The notes under the pieces are model-generated. The model did not search any database and was not told where the DNA came from. It saw only the letters and a program-made list of their open reading frames with translations. From Alphaproteobacteria bacterium (GTDB lineage Bacteria > Pseudomonadota > Alphaproteobacteria > Rhodobacterales > Rhodobacteraceae): a DNA stretch of 64,000 nt. Location: positions 4,265-68,264 of the forward strand of contig VGDH01000002.1 in NCBI GenBank assembly GCA_016869835.1, given 5' to 3'. Of the stretch, positions 1-9,502 are shown piece by piece; the first letter of the stretch is position 1; each line of letters begins with the position of its first letter. A program made the translations under genes and the position numbers.

Positions 1-157
1 AAACACATGCGCTCCTGTCACCGGCTTGATATAAGGCCAAAAGATCAAATGTCGAAACCCCTTGAACGTGCCAGCGACTCTGTTTATAGCCCCCCCATCC
101 GACGCGGTTCCGCCCGCGTCCGTTTCTTTGGGCAAGGGTGGAATCAGGCTGGAACGT

Positions 158-232
158 GGGCGGTTAGCTCAGCGGTAGAGCACTACGTTGACATCGTAGT
201 GGCCACTGGTTCGATCCCAGTACCGCCCACCA
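158..232 (+). tRNA. tRNA-Val (anticodon GAC)
   Basis: 75-nt cloverleaf folded by hand: acceptor GGGCGGT/ACCGCCC, D stem GCTC/GAGC, anticodon stem CTACG/CGTAG with loop TTGACAT, T arm ACTGG-TTCGATC-CCAGT, encoded CCA. Confidence 0.9.
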
Positions 233-300
233 TTCACCGCTCCCTTCGGGGGCACGTTGTTTTCAATCGGCGCAGACGCGCCGCGTAGAGGAGAAGGCCG

Positions 301-426
301 ATGAAAGTTGCGAACTCGCTCCGCTCGCTGAAGACGCGTCACCGCGATTGCCAGATCGTGCGCCGTAAAGGCCGCGTCTATGTGATCAACAAGACGCAAA
401 AGCGCTACAAAGCCCGTCAGGGCTGA
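301..426 (+). CDS. rpmJ: 50S ribosomal protein L36
   Basis: 41-aa ORF below the ORF-track cutoff, translated by hand: [41 protein letters not shown]. This is the typical L36 sequence pattern. A hairpin plus T-run follows. Confidence 0.9.
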   Translation: MKVANSLRSLKTRHRDCQIVRRKGRVYVINKTQKRYKARQG

Positions 427-451
427 GCGCTGCAACAGCAAGCATGACAGG

Positions 452-482
452 GCCGCCCGGGGGAAACCCATGGCGGCTTTTT
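452..482 (+). terminator. Rho-independent terminator after rpmJ
   Basis: Stem GCCGCC (452-457) / GGCGGC (472-477) followed by TTTTT (478-482). Confidence 0.65.
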
Positions 483-503
483 CATTCCGGATAGGACAGA
501 AAC

Positions 504-1127
504 ATGCACCCCAACCCCGCCTTCAGTCAGGTTTCTGCCGATGAAAGCCTGGCCTTCGCCCGCCATCGCGGCTTTGGCACCCTGTCGGTGAACGGCGAGA
601 CGGGGCCGATCATGGCCCATGTGCCGTTTCTCATCAGCGAAACCGACGCGCTTTGCGCCCTCGTCCATCTGGCCCGCTCAAAAGCCATTGCCCGCGCCGA
701 TCTGCCTTCCCCCGCCGTGATCGCCGTCACCGGGCCGGAAAGCTATATCTCGCCCGATTGGTATGGCGCGGAATATCAGGTGCCGACATGGAACTACGTC
801 GCCGTGCATCTGCGCGGGCGGCTAGAGCCGCTGCCCCCCGAAACCCTGCGCCCCATGGCCGATGACCTTTCCGCCATGTTCGAAGCCCGCCTGCTGCCGA
901 AAAAGCCGTAGACCAGCGCCAAGATGTCAGACGAGGCGATGGTGCGGATGATGCGGATGATCCTGCCGTTCCGGTTGGTGATCGAGACCGTCGAGGGCAC
1001 ATGGAAGCAGGGGCAGAACAAGACGCCCGAGCAAAGGGCGGGTGCCGTGGCGGGGCTGGAGGGCTGGTCGGAACCATCGCCGGGCGCCGAACTGGCGCGG
1101 TTGATGCGGCGGGTGGGTGCGACGTAA
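504..1127 (+). pseudogene. paiB: PaiB-family FMN-binding transcriptional regulator interrupted by an in-frame TAG
   Basis: ORFs 504..911 and 924..1127 are in the same frame. They are separated only by TAG at 909-911, where PaiB homologs as I recall them have Trp (KKP-W-TSAKM). The C-terminal piece carries the conserved ...FRLVIETVEGTWKQGQNK. Confidence 0.75.
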
Positions 1128-1135
1128 CCAACGTA

Positions 1136-1265
1136 GGGCCGCGCCCGACCTCGGGACGGCGCGCCAACAAGAGTTCTAGGCGCTTTATGGTTCAACTTCT
1201 TCCCCCAAATTTCTGCTGGCCACCGTTGCAGACGCGCCCTCCCGGGGGGAGGTCGGGCGCGGCCC
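1136..1265. repeat. Perfect 17-bp inverted repeat flanking a 96-bp spacer
   Basis: GGGCCGCGCCCGACCTC at 1136-1152 and its exact reverse complement GAGGTCGGGCGCGGCCC at 1249-1265. It sits in the gap between convergent paiB and rlmH. Confidence 0.8.
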
Positions 1266-1381
1266 AGCGGGCTTCGCCCTTGATTCCGGGCAAAAGAGAA
1301 GAGGCGAACTAGCGTCCGCAAGGGGCTCAAAGCCATCATTCGGACCACTCCGGACGGCAACGAAAACCAGACCCGAAAGCC

Positions 1382-1855
1382 TTACGCCCGGTGATACGGC
1401 CCGCCGGACAGGATATTTGCGGCGCGGTAGAGTTGTTCGGCCAGCATGACGCGGACGAGCATATGGGGCCAGACCATCTGGCCGAAGGAAATGGAGAAAT
1501 CGGCGCGGGCGCGAAGGCTGGGGTCGATTCCGTCGGCCCCGCCGATGACGAAGGCCACATCCTGCCGCCCGCCGTCGCGCCAGCGGGCGAGTTGGGTGGC
1601 GAATTCTGGGCTGGTCAGGAGACGCCCGCGTTCATCCAGCGTCACCAGCACCGCCCCCGCCGGCACGGCGCGCGCCAAAAGCTCGGCCTCGGCCGCCATG
1701 CCGCCGCCCTTCTTGTCTTCAACCTCAACCTCGAACATCGGCCCAAGCGCCAAAGGCTTGCCCGTCCGGTTGAACCGCATGTGGTAATCTTCAAACAGCG
1801 CGCGTTCAGGCTGATCTGCCCGGATACGCCCCACGGCGCAGACATGCACCCGCAA
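1382..1855 (-). CDS. rlmH: 23S rRNA (pseudouridine1915-N3)-methyltransferase RlmH
   Basis: 157 aa, SPOUT-family pattern (...FVIGGADGIDPSLRARADFSISFGQMVWPHMLVRVMLAEQLYRA). Lies directly downstream of rsfS as in many bacteria. Confidence 0.9.
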   Translation of the reverse strand: MRVHVCAVGRIRADQPERALFEDYHMRFNRTGKPLALGPMFEVEVEDKKGGGMAAEAELLARAVPAGAVLVTLDERGRLLTSPEFATQLARWRDGGRQDVAFVIGGADGIDPSLRARADFSISFGQMVWPHMLVRVMLAEQLYRAANILSGGPYHRA

Positions 1856-1858
1856 GCC

Positions 1859-2281
1859 TTACGCCCCGCGATGGGCCGAACCCGGCATCCACATCTTTTC
1901 CAGCTGATAGAAGTCGCGCACTTCGGGCCGGAACACATGGACAATCACATCGCCGGTGTCGATCAACACCCAGTCCCCGGTTTCCTTGCCTTCCATCTTG
2001 GCCAGGATGCTGAACTGCTCTTTCATCCGGTCCGCCAGCTTTTCGGAAATCGCCGCCACCTGCCGCGAGGACCGGCCCGAGCAGATCACCATATAGTCGG
2101 CCACATCCGACCGGCCGCGCAGGTCGATCTGCACGATATCTTCGGCCTTGTCGTCGTCGACCGAGGCAAGAACAGCCGCCAGAACCTGTTCGGAAGTGTA
2201 ATCGCCAGCGGGCCGGGCGTCGCGCGGGCCAACCGGAAGCCCGGTCGCAGGATCAGAATGAGACAGGACCAGGTCCTCCAT
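1859..2281 (-). CDS. rsfS: Ribosome silencing factor RsfS
   Basis: C-terminal RsfS/Iojap pattern (DYMVICSGRSSRQVAAISEKL...DWVLIDTGDVIVHVFRPEVRDFYQLEKMW). Start trimmed to ATG (MEDLVL) at 2281; the ORF-track start at 2452 adds an implausible Arg/Ala-rich leader. Confidence 0.85.
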   Translation of the reverse strand: MEDLVLSHSDPATGLPVGPRDARPAGDYTSEQVLAAVLASVDDDKAEDIVQIDLRGRSDVADYMVICSGRSSRQVAAISEKLADRMKEQFSILAKMEGKETGDWVLIDTGDVIVHVFRPEVRDFYQLEKMWMPGSAHRGA

Positions 2282-2493
2282 AGGGCGTGCCTGTCGGTCC
2301 CCGGCACCGGGCTTTGTGCCAGAGTAACACCGGCTTTGGGGTTTCTCAACGGCAGCGAAGGCGGGCCGATACCGCGAAGCGGCCAAAGATGCAAGCCATG
2401 CCGCCCGCGCATGACGCCTTTGCAGCCCCGGATCTGCACATGGACGCTGCAATGCAGCATATTGGCCGCGAGGGAGGGCAAACGGAGACTGAC

Positions 2494-2640
2494 ATGCGTT
2501 TCATCCTCGATTTCCTGCGTCAACGCCCCAACCGCCGCGAGGCCGAACTCGCCTATCTCAGCGAAGCCGTCAGCCGCTATGATCTTGAACGGCGCGAACG
2601 CGAGATTGCAGGCGGCAAATTCGCCACGCTCAACGGCTAA
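2494..2640 (+). CDS. Small conserved hypothetical protein (48 aa), possibly DUF3563-like
   Basis: ATG at 2494 is preceded by GGAG (2484-2487). Product is MRFILDFLRQRPNRREAELAYLSEAVSRYDLERREREIAGGKFATLNG. The AYL..S....DLERR motif resembles what I remember of DUF3563. Confidence 0.45.
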   Translation: MRFILDFLRQRPNRREAELAYLSEAVSRYDLERREREIAGGKFATLNG

Positions 2641-2847
2641 AGCATAGCGATTGATCGGCGGGGGATTCGCGCGTATATCGCGGGGCATGACCCGTTTTTT
2701 CGACATCGCCGATCATGATCGCCTGCCTTGGCGCTTCACCGCTTTGGATCGGTCTGTCCTCGCGCGACTTTGGTGATCTGGCTGCGTGACCCCACGCAGC
2801 CTGACGTCGCCTTCCGAAATCACAGCCAGTTCCAAAAAGGATGAGCC

Positions 2848-4263
2848 ATGGCTCCGCGTACGCTTTACGACAAGATCTGGGACGATCACGTCGTCCATCA
2901 GGGCGAAGACGGCACCTGCCTTCTCTATATCGATCGCCATCTGGTGCACGAAGTCACCAGCCCGCAGGCTTTTGAAGGGCTGCGCATGGCGGGCCGCAAG
3001 GTCCGCGCGCCGGAAAAGACTATTGCTGTGCCCGACCACAACGTGCCCACCACGCTCGACCGCGCCAATGCCGCGACCATGACCGAAGACAGCCGCGTGC
3101 AGGTCGCCACACTTGACCAGAACGCGCGTGATTTCGGCATCCATTATTACCCGGTGTCCGACGTCCGTCAGGGCATCGTCCACATTGTCGGCCCCGAACA
3201 GGGCTGGACCCTGCCCGGCATGACCGTGGTCTGCGGCGACAGCCACACCGCCACCCATGGCGCCTTTGGCGCGCTGGCCCACGGCATCGGCACGTCCGAG
3301 GTGGAACACGTCTTGGCTACCCAGACGCTGATCCAGCGCAAGGCCAAGAACATGAAGGTGGAAATCACCGGCTCCCTGCGCCCCGGCGTCACCGCCAAGG
3401 ACATCACGCTTTCGGTCATCGGCCACACCGGCACCGCCGGCGGCACCGGCTATGTCATCGAATACTGCGGTCAGGCGATTCGCGAGCTTTCCATGGAAGG
3501 CCGGATGACCGTCTGCAACATGGCCATCGAAGGCGGCGCCCGCGCGGGCCTGATTGCCCCCGATGAAAAGACCTTCGCCTATTGCATGGGTCGCCCGCAT
3601 GCGCCGAAGGGTGCAAAGTGGGAGGCCGCACTTGCCTATTGGAAAACCCTCTTCACCGATGAGGGCGCGCATTTCGACAAGGTCGTGACGATCAAGGGCG
3701 AAGATATTGCCCCCGTCGTGACCTGGGGCACCTCGCCCGAAGACGTGCTGCCGATCACCGGCACCGTGCCCCACCCGTCCGACTTCACCGGCGGCAAGGT
3801 GGACGCTGCGGCACGCTCGATCGACTACATGGGCCTGACCGCTGGCCAGAAGCTGACCGATATCAAGATTGATACCGTGTTCATCGGCTCTTGCACCAAT
3901 GGCCGGATCGAAGACCTGCGCGCGGCGGCCGAGGTGCTGAAAGGCCGCAAGATCAAGGTCAAGCGCGCCATGGTCGTCCCCGGCTCGGGCCTCGTGCGCG
4001 CACAGGCCGAAGAAGAGGGTCTGGCCCAGATCTTCATCGACGCCGGTTTCGAATGGCGACTGGCGGGCTGCTCCATGTGCCTTGCCATGAACCCCGACCA
4101 ACTTGCCCCCGAAGAACGCTGCGCCTCCACCTCGAACCGCAACTTCGAGGGACGTCAGGGCTACAAGGGCCGCACCCACCTGATGAGCCCGGCCATGGCC
4201 GCCGCCGCCGCGATCACCGGTCACCTGACCGATGTGCGCGAGCTGATGGGCGAGACGGTCTGA
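2848..4263 (+). CDS. leuC: 3-isopropylmalate dehydratase large subunit
   Basis: 471 aa, aconitase-family motifs ([24 protein letters not shown]). RBS AAGGA lies 7 nt upstream. Confidence 0.97.
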   Translation: MAPRTLYDKIWDDHVVHQGEDGTCLLYIDRHLVHEVTSPQAFEGLRMAGRKVRAPEKTIAVPDHNVPTTLDRANAATMTEDSRVQVATLDQNARDFGIHYYPVSDVRQGIVHIVGPEQGWTLPGMTVVCGDSHTATHGAFGALAHGIGTSEVEHVLATQTLIQRKAKNMKVEITGSLRPGVTAKDITLSVIGHTGTAGGTGYVIEYCGQAIRELSMEGRMTVCNMAIEGGARAGLIAPDEKTFAYCMGRPHAPKGAKWEAALAYWKTLFTDEGAHFDKVVTIKGEDIAPVVTWGTSPEDVLPITGTVPHPSDFTGGKVDAAARSIDYMGLTAGQKLTDIKIDTVFIGSCTNGRIEDLRAAAEVLKGRKIKVKRAMVVPGSGLVRAQAEEEGLAQIFIDAGFEWRLAGCSMCLAMNPDQLAPEERCASTSNRNFEGRQGYKGRTHLMSPAMAAAAAITGHLTDVRELMGETV

Positions 4264-4406
4264 TCCTGACAACAGCGCGCGTGGCCCCCCGGCCCCGCGC
4301 TCTGGCAGATGTCGGGACGGATGCCATACGCGCGCCAGACGCGCGCCAGACGCAAAACAGACACCGCAACGGCTGCGCGCCTTGTGGTCACCGATTGGAA
4401 ACACTG

Positions 4407-5012
4407 ATGGAAAAATTCACCAAACTGACCGGCATCGCGGCCCCCATGCCGCTGGTCAATATCGACACCGACATGATCATCCCCAAGCAGTTCCTGAAGA
4501 CGATTCAGCGCTCGGGCCTGGGCAAGAACCTGTTTGACGAAATGCGCTATGACCGCGAAGGCATTGAAATTGCCGATTTCGTGCTGAACCAGTCGGCCTA
4601 TCGCAAGGCTGAAATTCTGGTGGCCGGCGACAATTTCGGCTGCGGCTCGTCTCGCGAACATGCACCCTGGGCCCTTCTGGATTTCGGCATCCGCTGCGTG
4701 ATTTCCACCTCGTTTGCCGACATTTTCTTCAACAACTGCTTCAAGAATGGCATCCTTCCCATCGTTCTGCCGCAGGATCAGGTTGATGTCCTGATGGCCG
4801 ATGCGCGCAAAGGGGAAAACGCCCGCGTGACGGTGGATCTTGAGGCGCAGACCGTCACCACCTCGGACGGGCGGTCCTTCGGCTTCTCGGTCGACCCCCA
4901 CCGCAAGCATTGCCTGATGAACGGTCTGGACGATATCGGCCTGACGCTGGAAAAGGCCGCCGCAATTGACAGTTTCGAGGCAAAGGCCACCACGCTGCGC
5001 CCTTGGGCATAA
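4407..5012 (+). CDS. leuD: 3-isopropylmalate dehydratase small subunit
   Basis: Internal ATG at 4407 of ORF 3891..5012 gives [31 protein letters not shown]...[17 protein letters not shown] (201 aa). Confidence 0.95.
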   Translation: MEKFTKLTGIAAPMPLVNIDTDMIIPKQFLKTIQRSGLGKNLFDEMRYDREGIEIADFVLNQSAYRKAEILVAGDNFGCGSSREHAPWALLDFGIRCVISTSFADIFFNNCFKNGILPIVLPQDQVDVLMADARKGENARVTVDLEAQTVTTSDGRSFGFSVDPHRKHCLMNGLDDIGLTLEKAAAIDSFEAKATTLRPWA

Positions 5013-5036
5013 GTTGCCAATAACCACAACATCTTG

Positions 5037-5074
5037 GGCCGCCCGGTTGGAAACAATCAGGGCGGCCTTCTTTT
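5037..5074 (+). terminator. Rho-independent terminator after leuD
   Basis: Stem GGCCGCCC (5037-5044) / GGGCGGCC (5060-5067) followed by TTCTTTT. Confidence 0.6.
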
Positions 5075-5087
5075 CACTCCAAGCTTG

Positions 5088-6119
5088 ATGCAATCCAGCG
5101 ACACCCCTTCCCCGAAATCGCCCAACTGCGCCTTCATGTTGGAACAACTGATTGCGGGATTCGTCGAAAGAAGGCGCAAATTGGGCAAGATTGAGGTAAT
5201 CCGCCACAAAGCGCGGGAAGGTATCGGAACAAGGGGTTGGCAAAGCACCAGCTTCGACCGGTTTGAGGGTGACAAGGCAGTGGTTTCACAACTGACAGGT
5301 GCGCTGACGCGCGCGGTCCTGATCATGGTTTTGGTGGCGACACCATCCATGCTCTTGATGGACGTGACGACCGACACCAAGCAGATGGTGGCGCTTGTAG
5401 CGCTGTTTCTGGGCCTTCTGACCTTTGTCGAATACAATTCCACCTACCCCAGCCTTGTCGAGTTCCGCTATGCGCCGCCCTTCAACCGCATCCGCTTTCT
5501 CATGCTTTTTGCAACGGTGTTCTACCTGTCCATGATCGAGCGCGGCAAGATCACGCCCTCCACGATGACCGAATTCACCGACGCAGTTGGCACTTTGATC
5601 GGTGTTTCGATGGATTTTCCTTACAGCCCCGTACGGCTTGCAACACTGATGATGTCAAGCGGCGCCTCGCCCGAACAGGTTGCCTCGGTACGGACGGCGG
5701 CGGGGATGGCCTATCTGATCTCTCTGGTGTCCCTGGCGGTGTTCCTGATCGCGCTGAAATCGGGCAACTGGCCCTCGCGCGGGCGGGCGCTCAATGTGTG
5801 GACAAACCTGCCCACCTTTGACCCCACCACCGGCGGCGATGTGGTCTTACGGCTGCAGCGCGATGTCCGCGTTAACATTGCGTTAGGCTTTCTGCTGCCA
5901 TTGTTGACCCCGGCATTGGTGATGATCTCATCCAGCGGGTTTGAACCTTTGTCGATGACCTCGTCGCAAACCCTGATCTGGACGATAACCGCATGGGCCT
6001 TTCTTCCCGCCAGCCTGTTCATGCGCGGCATCGCCATGGGCCGGGTGGCCGAGATGATCCAGGAACGGCGCAAGGCCAATCGGGCGCAAATCGCGCGCGA
6101 AGGGCTGGCTACGGCCTGA
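5088..6119 (+). CDS. Conserved hypothetical multi-pass membrane protein
   Basis: Long ORF with several hydrophobic segments (LIMVLVATPSMLL, MVALVALFLGLLTF, FLMLFATVFYL, MAYLISLVSLAVFLIAL, IALGFLLPLLTPALVMI). The ORF-track start at 5034 lies inside the leuD terminator, so I chose ATG 5088; ATG 5136 is also possible. Confidence 0.55.
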   Translation: MQSSDTPSPKSPNCAFMLEQLIAGFVERRRKLGKIEVIRHKAREGIGTRGWQSTSFDRFEGDKAVVSQLTGALTRAVLIMVLVATPSMLLMDVTTDTKQMVALVALFLGLLTFVEYNSTYPSLVEFRYAPPFNRIRFLMLFATVFYLSMIERGKITPSTMTEFTDAVGTLIGVSMDFPYSPVRLATLMMSSGASPEQVASVRTAAGMAYLISLVSLAVFLIALKSGNWPSRGRALNVWTNLPTFDPTTGGDVVLRLQRDVRVNIALGFLLPLLTPALVMISSSGFEPLSMTSSQTLIWTITAWAFLPASLFMRGIAMGRVAEMIQERRKANRAQIAREGLATA

Positions 6120-7161
6120 TCGCAGCGCTGGCTGTCTGGCTTTGGGCCACGGCTGCGCAAGCAGAGACACTGGGGGTTGCCACCTATAACCCAGACTTGT
6201 CTGCCCCCGGCCCTGGGCTCTTGCTGCATGATCTGCGCAAGGTAGACACCCCCCCGCAGCGCGCGGCCGTGGTCGCGGCCATTGCCGCGCTGGATGCAGA
6301 TGTACTGGTTCTGACAGGGGTCGACTATGACCTGCGGGGTGAAGCGCTGGCGGCCTTGAACGCGCTCCTTGCTGCTGCCGGTTCACCTTATCCCAATCGC
6401 CTTGCGCTTAGGCCGAACACCGGCGTTCCAACGGACCGGGATCTGGATCGCAACGGCCAACTGGGCGAGCCGCGCGACGCCCAGGGCTGGGGCCGCTTTG
6501 CGGGGGAAGGGGGAATGGCGGTGCTGTCACGGCTACCGATCGGGCCGGATGTCCGCGATTTCAACGGCTTCCTCTGGGCCGATCTGCCGGGAAATCTGAT
6601 GCCACCAGACGACCCGGGAAAGGATGTCCAGCGGCTGCACACAACCGGCGCCTATGAGGTGCCGATTGTTCTGACGGGGGGGAAAGCCTGCGGCTTTTGG
6701 TGTTTTACGCCAGCCCCCCGGTCTTTGACGGGCCCGAGGATCGCAACGGGCGGCGCAACCATGATGAGGCGGCTTTCTGGCTGCGGCTTCTGGAAGGCGG
6801 TCTGTCAATGCCCCCACCCGCTGGGCCCTTCGTGATCTTGGGGCAGACGAGCCTTGACCCGATGGATGGCGACGGTCGACCTGAGGCGCTGCGCGCGTTG
6901 CTGGATCACCCCGCCCTGCAAGACCCCAAACCGCGCGGCGATCATGGCCGCGTCGATCCGGGGCAGGCCGGTGATGCGGCGCTGGATACGGCACTTTATG
7001 ACGGCTTGGGCGGGTTGCGGGTGAGTGTGATCTTGCCCTCGGCCGATCTGGTGGTGCGGGATGCGGCGGTGCTTTGGCCGCCCGACAGTGACCCGATGGC
7101 GGCGACACTTGCCGCCGCGTCACGCCATTCCCCGATTTGGGTGGATCTGGCGCTGCCCTGA
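5993..7161 (+). pseudogene. Secreted endonuclease/exonuclease/phosphatase (EEP) family protein, frameshifted in a G7 tract
   Basis: ORF 5993..6835 carries a signal-like LIAALAVWLWATAAQA and an EEP N-terminal half. ORF 6697..7161 in another frame carries LRLLVFYASPPVFDGPEDRNGRRNHDE. The two join cleanly if the G run at 6676-6682 changes length by 1. The true start is unclear: ATG 5993 overlaps the upstream gene by 127 nt. Confidence 0.7.
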
Positions 7162-7223
7162 CGCTTGACCCTGCGCGCCCCTTTGGCTAGGCCAACCGCG
7201 ACCCTATTCAGCAGGAGCGCCCG

Positions 7224-8330
7224 ATGGCCAATCCCTCAATCCTTATCCTTGCCGGTGACGGCATCGGCCCGGAAGTCATGGCCGAAGTGAAGAAGATCAT
7301 CGGCTGGATGGGGGCCAAGCGCGGCGCCCATTTTGACGTGAGTGAAGACCTGGTCGGCGGCGCTGCCTATGACAAGCACGGCACGCCTTTGCATGACGAC
7401 ACCATGGCCAAGGCCCAGGCGGTGGACGCGGTGCTTTTGGGTGCCGTGGGCGGACCGAAATACGACGTGCTGGATTTCAGTGTGAAGCCCGAGCGTGGCC
7501 TATTGCGCCTGCGCAAGGAAATGGATCTGTTTTCGAACCTGCGCCCGGCCCAGTGCTTTGACGCGCTGGCCGCTTTCTCAAGCCTGAAGAAAGAGGTCGT
7601 GGCGGGTCTGGATATTGTCATCGTTCGCGAATTGACCAGCGGCGTCTACTTTGGCGAGCCGCGCGGGATTTTCAAAGAGGGCAATGAGCGGGTGGGCATC
7701 AACACCCAGCGCTATACGGAGAGCGAGATTGCCCGCGTGGCGCGGTCTGCGTTCGAGCTGGCGCGCAAGCGGAACAACAAGGTCTGCTCGATGGAGAAGG
7801 CCAACGTCATGGAATCGGGGATTCTTTGGCGTGAAGTCGTGCAGGAAGTGCATGACCGGGAATACCCGGATGTGCAGCTGACCCATATGTATGCCGACAA
7901 CGGCGCGATGCAGCTGTGCCGTTGGCCCAAGCAGTTTGATGTGATCGTCACCGACAACCTGTTTGGCGATGTGCTGTCGGATATGGCGGCGATGCTGACC
8001 GGGTCTTTGGGCATGCTGCCCTCGGCCAGCCTTGGTCTGCCGATGGCCAATGGCCGCCCGAAGGCGCTGTATGAGCCGGTACATGGCTCGGCCCCGGATA
8101 TTGCTGGTCAGGGCAAGGCGAACCCGATTGCCTGTATCCTGTCGTTTGCCATGGCGCTGCGTTACAGCTTCGACATGGGCGATGAGGCCACCCGCGTGGA
8201 AAAGGCCGTCGAGAAGGTGCTGGCCGATGGCGTGCGCACGGCGGACCTGATGGGCCCCGAAGGCGGAACCCCGGTGTCGACCACCCAGATGGGCGATGCT
8301 ATCATCGCCGCGCTGGACGCCAGCCTTTGA
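7224..8330 (+). CDS. leuB: 3-isopropylmalate dehydrogenase
   Basis: 368 aa, isocitrate/isopropylmalate dehydrogenase motifs ([26 protein letters not shown]). AGGAG RBS upstream. Confidence 0.97.
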   Translation: MANPSILILAGDGIGPEVMAEVKKIIGWMGAKRGAHFDVSEDLVGGAAYDKHGTPLHDDTMAKAQAVDAVLLGAVGGPKYDVLDFSVKPERGLLRLRKEMDLFSNLRPAQCFDALAAFSSLKKEVVAGLDIVIVRELTSGVYFGEPRGIFKEGNERVGINTQRYTESEIARVARSAFELARKRNNKVCSMEKANVMESGILWREVVQEVHDREYPDVQLTHMYADNGAMQLCRWPKQFDVIVTDNLFGDVLSDMAAMLTGSLGMLPSASLGLPMANGRPKALYEPVHGSAPDIAGQGKANPIACILSFAMALRYSFDMGDEATRVEKAVEKVLADGVRTADLMGPEGGTPVSTTQMGDAIIAALDASL

Positions 8331-8336
8331 CAGCTT

Positions 8337-8362
8337 CGGCCCCCCCACGCGGGGGCCGTTTT
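8337..8362 (+). terminator. Rho-independent terminator after leuB
   Basis: Stem CGGCCCCC (8337-8344) / GGGGGCCG (8351-8358) followed by TTTT. Confidence 0.6.
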
Positions 8363-8378
8363 CCTTGCAGGACAGGCG

Positions 8379-9245
8379 ATGACCCACACCCATTTGCGCG
8401 GCGCGTTTTTCGGCATGGCGGCGATGGGGCTGTATTGCCTGTATGACGTCGCCATCAAGTTCTTCGGCCCCGATTACAGCCCGCTGCAGGTGCTGTTCTG
8501 CGCCGGGCTGGTGTTTGTGCCGCTGATCTTGGTGCAGCAGTTGCTTTCGGGCAAAGGTGGGCTGCGCCCGGTTTATCCCGGTCTGACGGCGGTGCGGGTG
8601 GTGGCAGGCCTGCTGAATGGCACGATCGGGGCCTATGCTTTTTCGGTGCTGCCGCTGGCGGAGAGCTATGCGGTGTTCTTCCTGATGCCCTTGATGATCG
8701 CCGGTCTGGCCGTGCCCTTCTTGGGCGAGCGGATGGACCCGTCGCGCGGTCTGGCGATTGTGGCGGGGTTTGCCGGGGTGCTGATTGCGCTGCGGCCGGG
8801 GGGCGAGACGGCCTTGGGGCTGGGCCATCTGGCGGCGCTGACCGCGGCGAGCCTGGGGGCGGTGAACTATCTGATCTTGCGCAAGATCGGCGGCGTCGAA
8901 TCGCCCGGTGTGCTGATGCTGTATCCGGCGGTGGCGCAGCTTTTGGTACTGGGGTTTGTCATGCCCTCGGTCTGGGTGCCGATGCCATTGGCGCATTGGG
9001 GGCTGACCACGCTGATGGGGCTGGAGCTGTTTGCCGGTGGGCTGTTGATCGTTCTGGCCTATCGCAATGCGCCTGCGATCATTGTGGCGCCGATGCAGTA
9101 TTCGCAGATCATCTGGGCCGCCATTCTGGGCAGTCTGATTTTTGGTGAGGGCATGACGACGATGATGATCCTTGGCATCGCCATTATCATCGGCGCAGGG
9201 CTGTTCATTCTAACCCGCGGCAACAGCGCTGTCGCGCCGAATTGA
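8379..9245 (+). CDS. DMT (EamA-like) family transporter
   Basis: 288 aa with about 10 hydrophobic segments in a duplicated EamA-type architecture. Confidence 0.75.
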   Translation: MTHTHLRGAFFGMAAMGLYCLYDVAIKFFGPDYSPLQVLFCAGLVFVPLILVQQLLSGKGGLRPVYPGLTAVRVVAGLLNGTIGAYAFSVLPLAESYAVFFLMPLMIAGLAVPFLGERMDPSRGLAIVAGFAGVLIALRPGGETALGLGHLAALTAASLGAVNYLILRKIGGVESPGVLMLYPAVAQLLVLGFVMPSVWVPMPLAHWGLTTLMGLELFAGGLLIVLAYRNAPAIIVAPMQYSQIIWAAILGSLIFGEGMTTMMILGIAIIIGAGLFILTRGNSAVAPN

Positions 9246-9299
9246 TGCGCCGCGCCCTCTTGCAAAGTGCGGCGCGACAGAGTAACCCCGCCGCACGGT

Positions 9300-9376
9300 C
9301 GGAGCGTAGCGCAGTCTGGTAGCGCACCTGCTTCGGGAGCAGGGGGTCGGAGGTTCGAATCCTCTCGCTCCGACCA
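9300..9376 (+). tRNA. tRNA-Pro (anticodon CGG)
   Basis: 77-nt cloverleaf: acceptor CGGAGCG/CGCTCCG, D stem GCGC/GCGC, anticodon stem CCTGC/GCAGG with loop TTCGGGA, T arm GGAGG-TTCGAAT-CCTCT, encoded CCA. Confidence 0.9.
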
Positions 9377-9502
9377 ATTTCCCGACTATCCCTCATTCGC
9401 GTTGCACCTGTTATGGGCCTGTGTCCTTGGCGCCATAGGGTTGCGACCCGGCGCGCGCCTTGCCAAGGTGCTGGCAGGCAACAGGCCCGGCAGGATGACG
9501 AG

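Noticed and set aside
2687-2776. Classical leucine leader peptide upstream of leuC
   Set aside because: The uORF has only four scattered Leu codons and no run of Leu. It is retained only as a low-interest non-classical candidate.
2713-4404. 563-aa ORF antisense to leuC
   Set aside because: It lies opposite a clearly conserved leuC. The Gly/Ala/Arg/His-rich composition is typical of stop-free antisense frames in high-GC DNA.
7578-8996. 472-aa ORF antisense to leuB and the DMT transporter
   Set aside because: Arg/Gln/His/Pro-rich low-complexity translation spanning two real genes and their terminator. This is a high-GC artefact.
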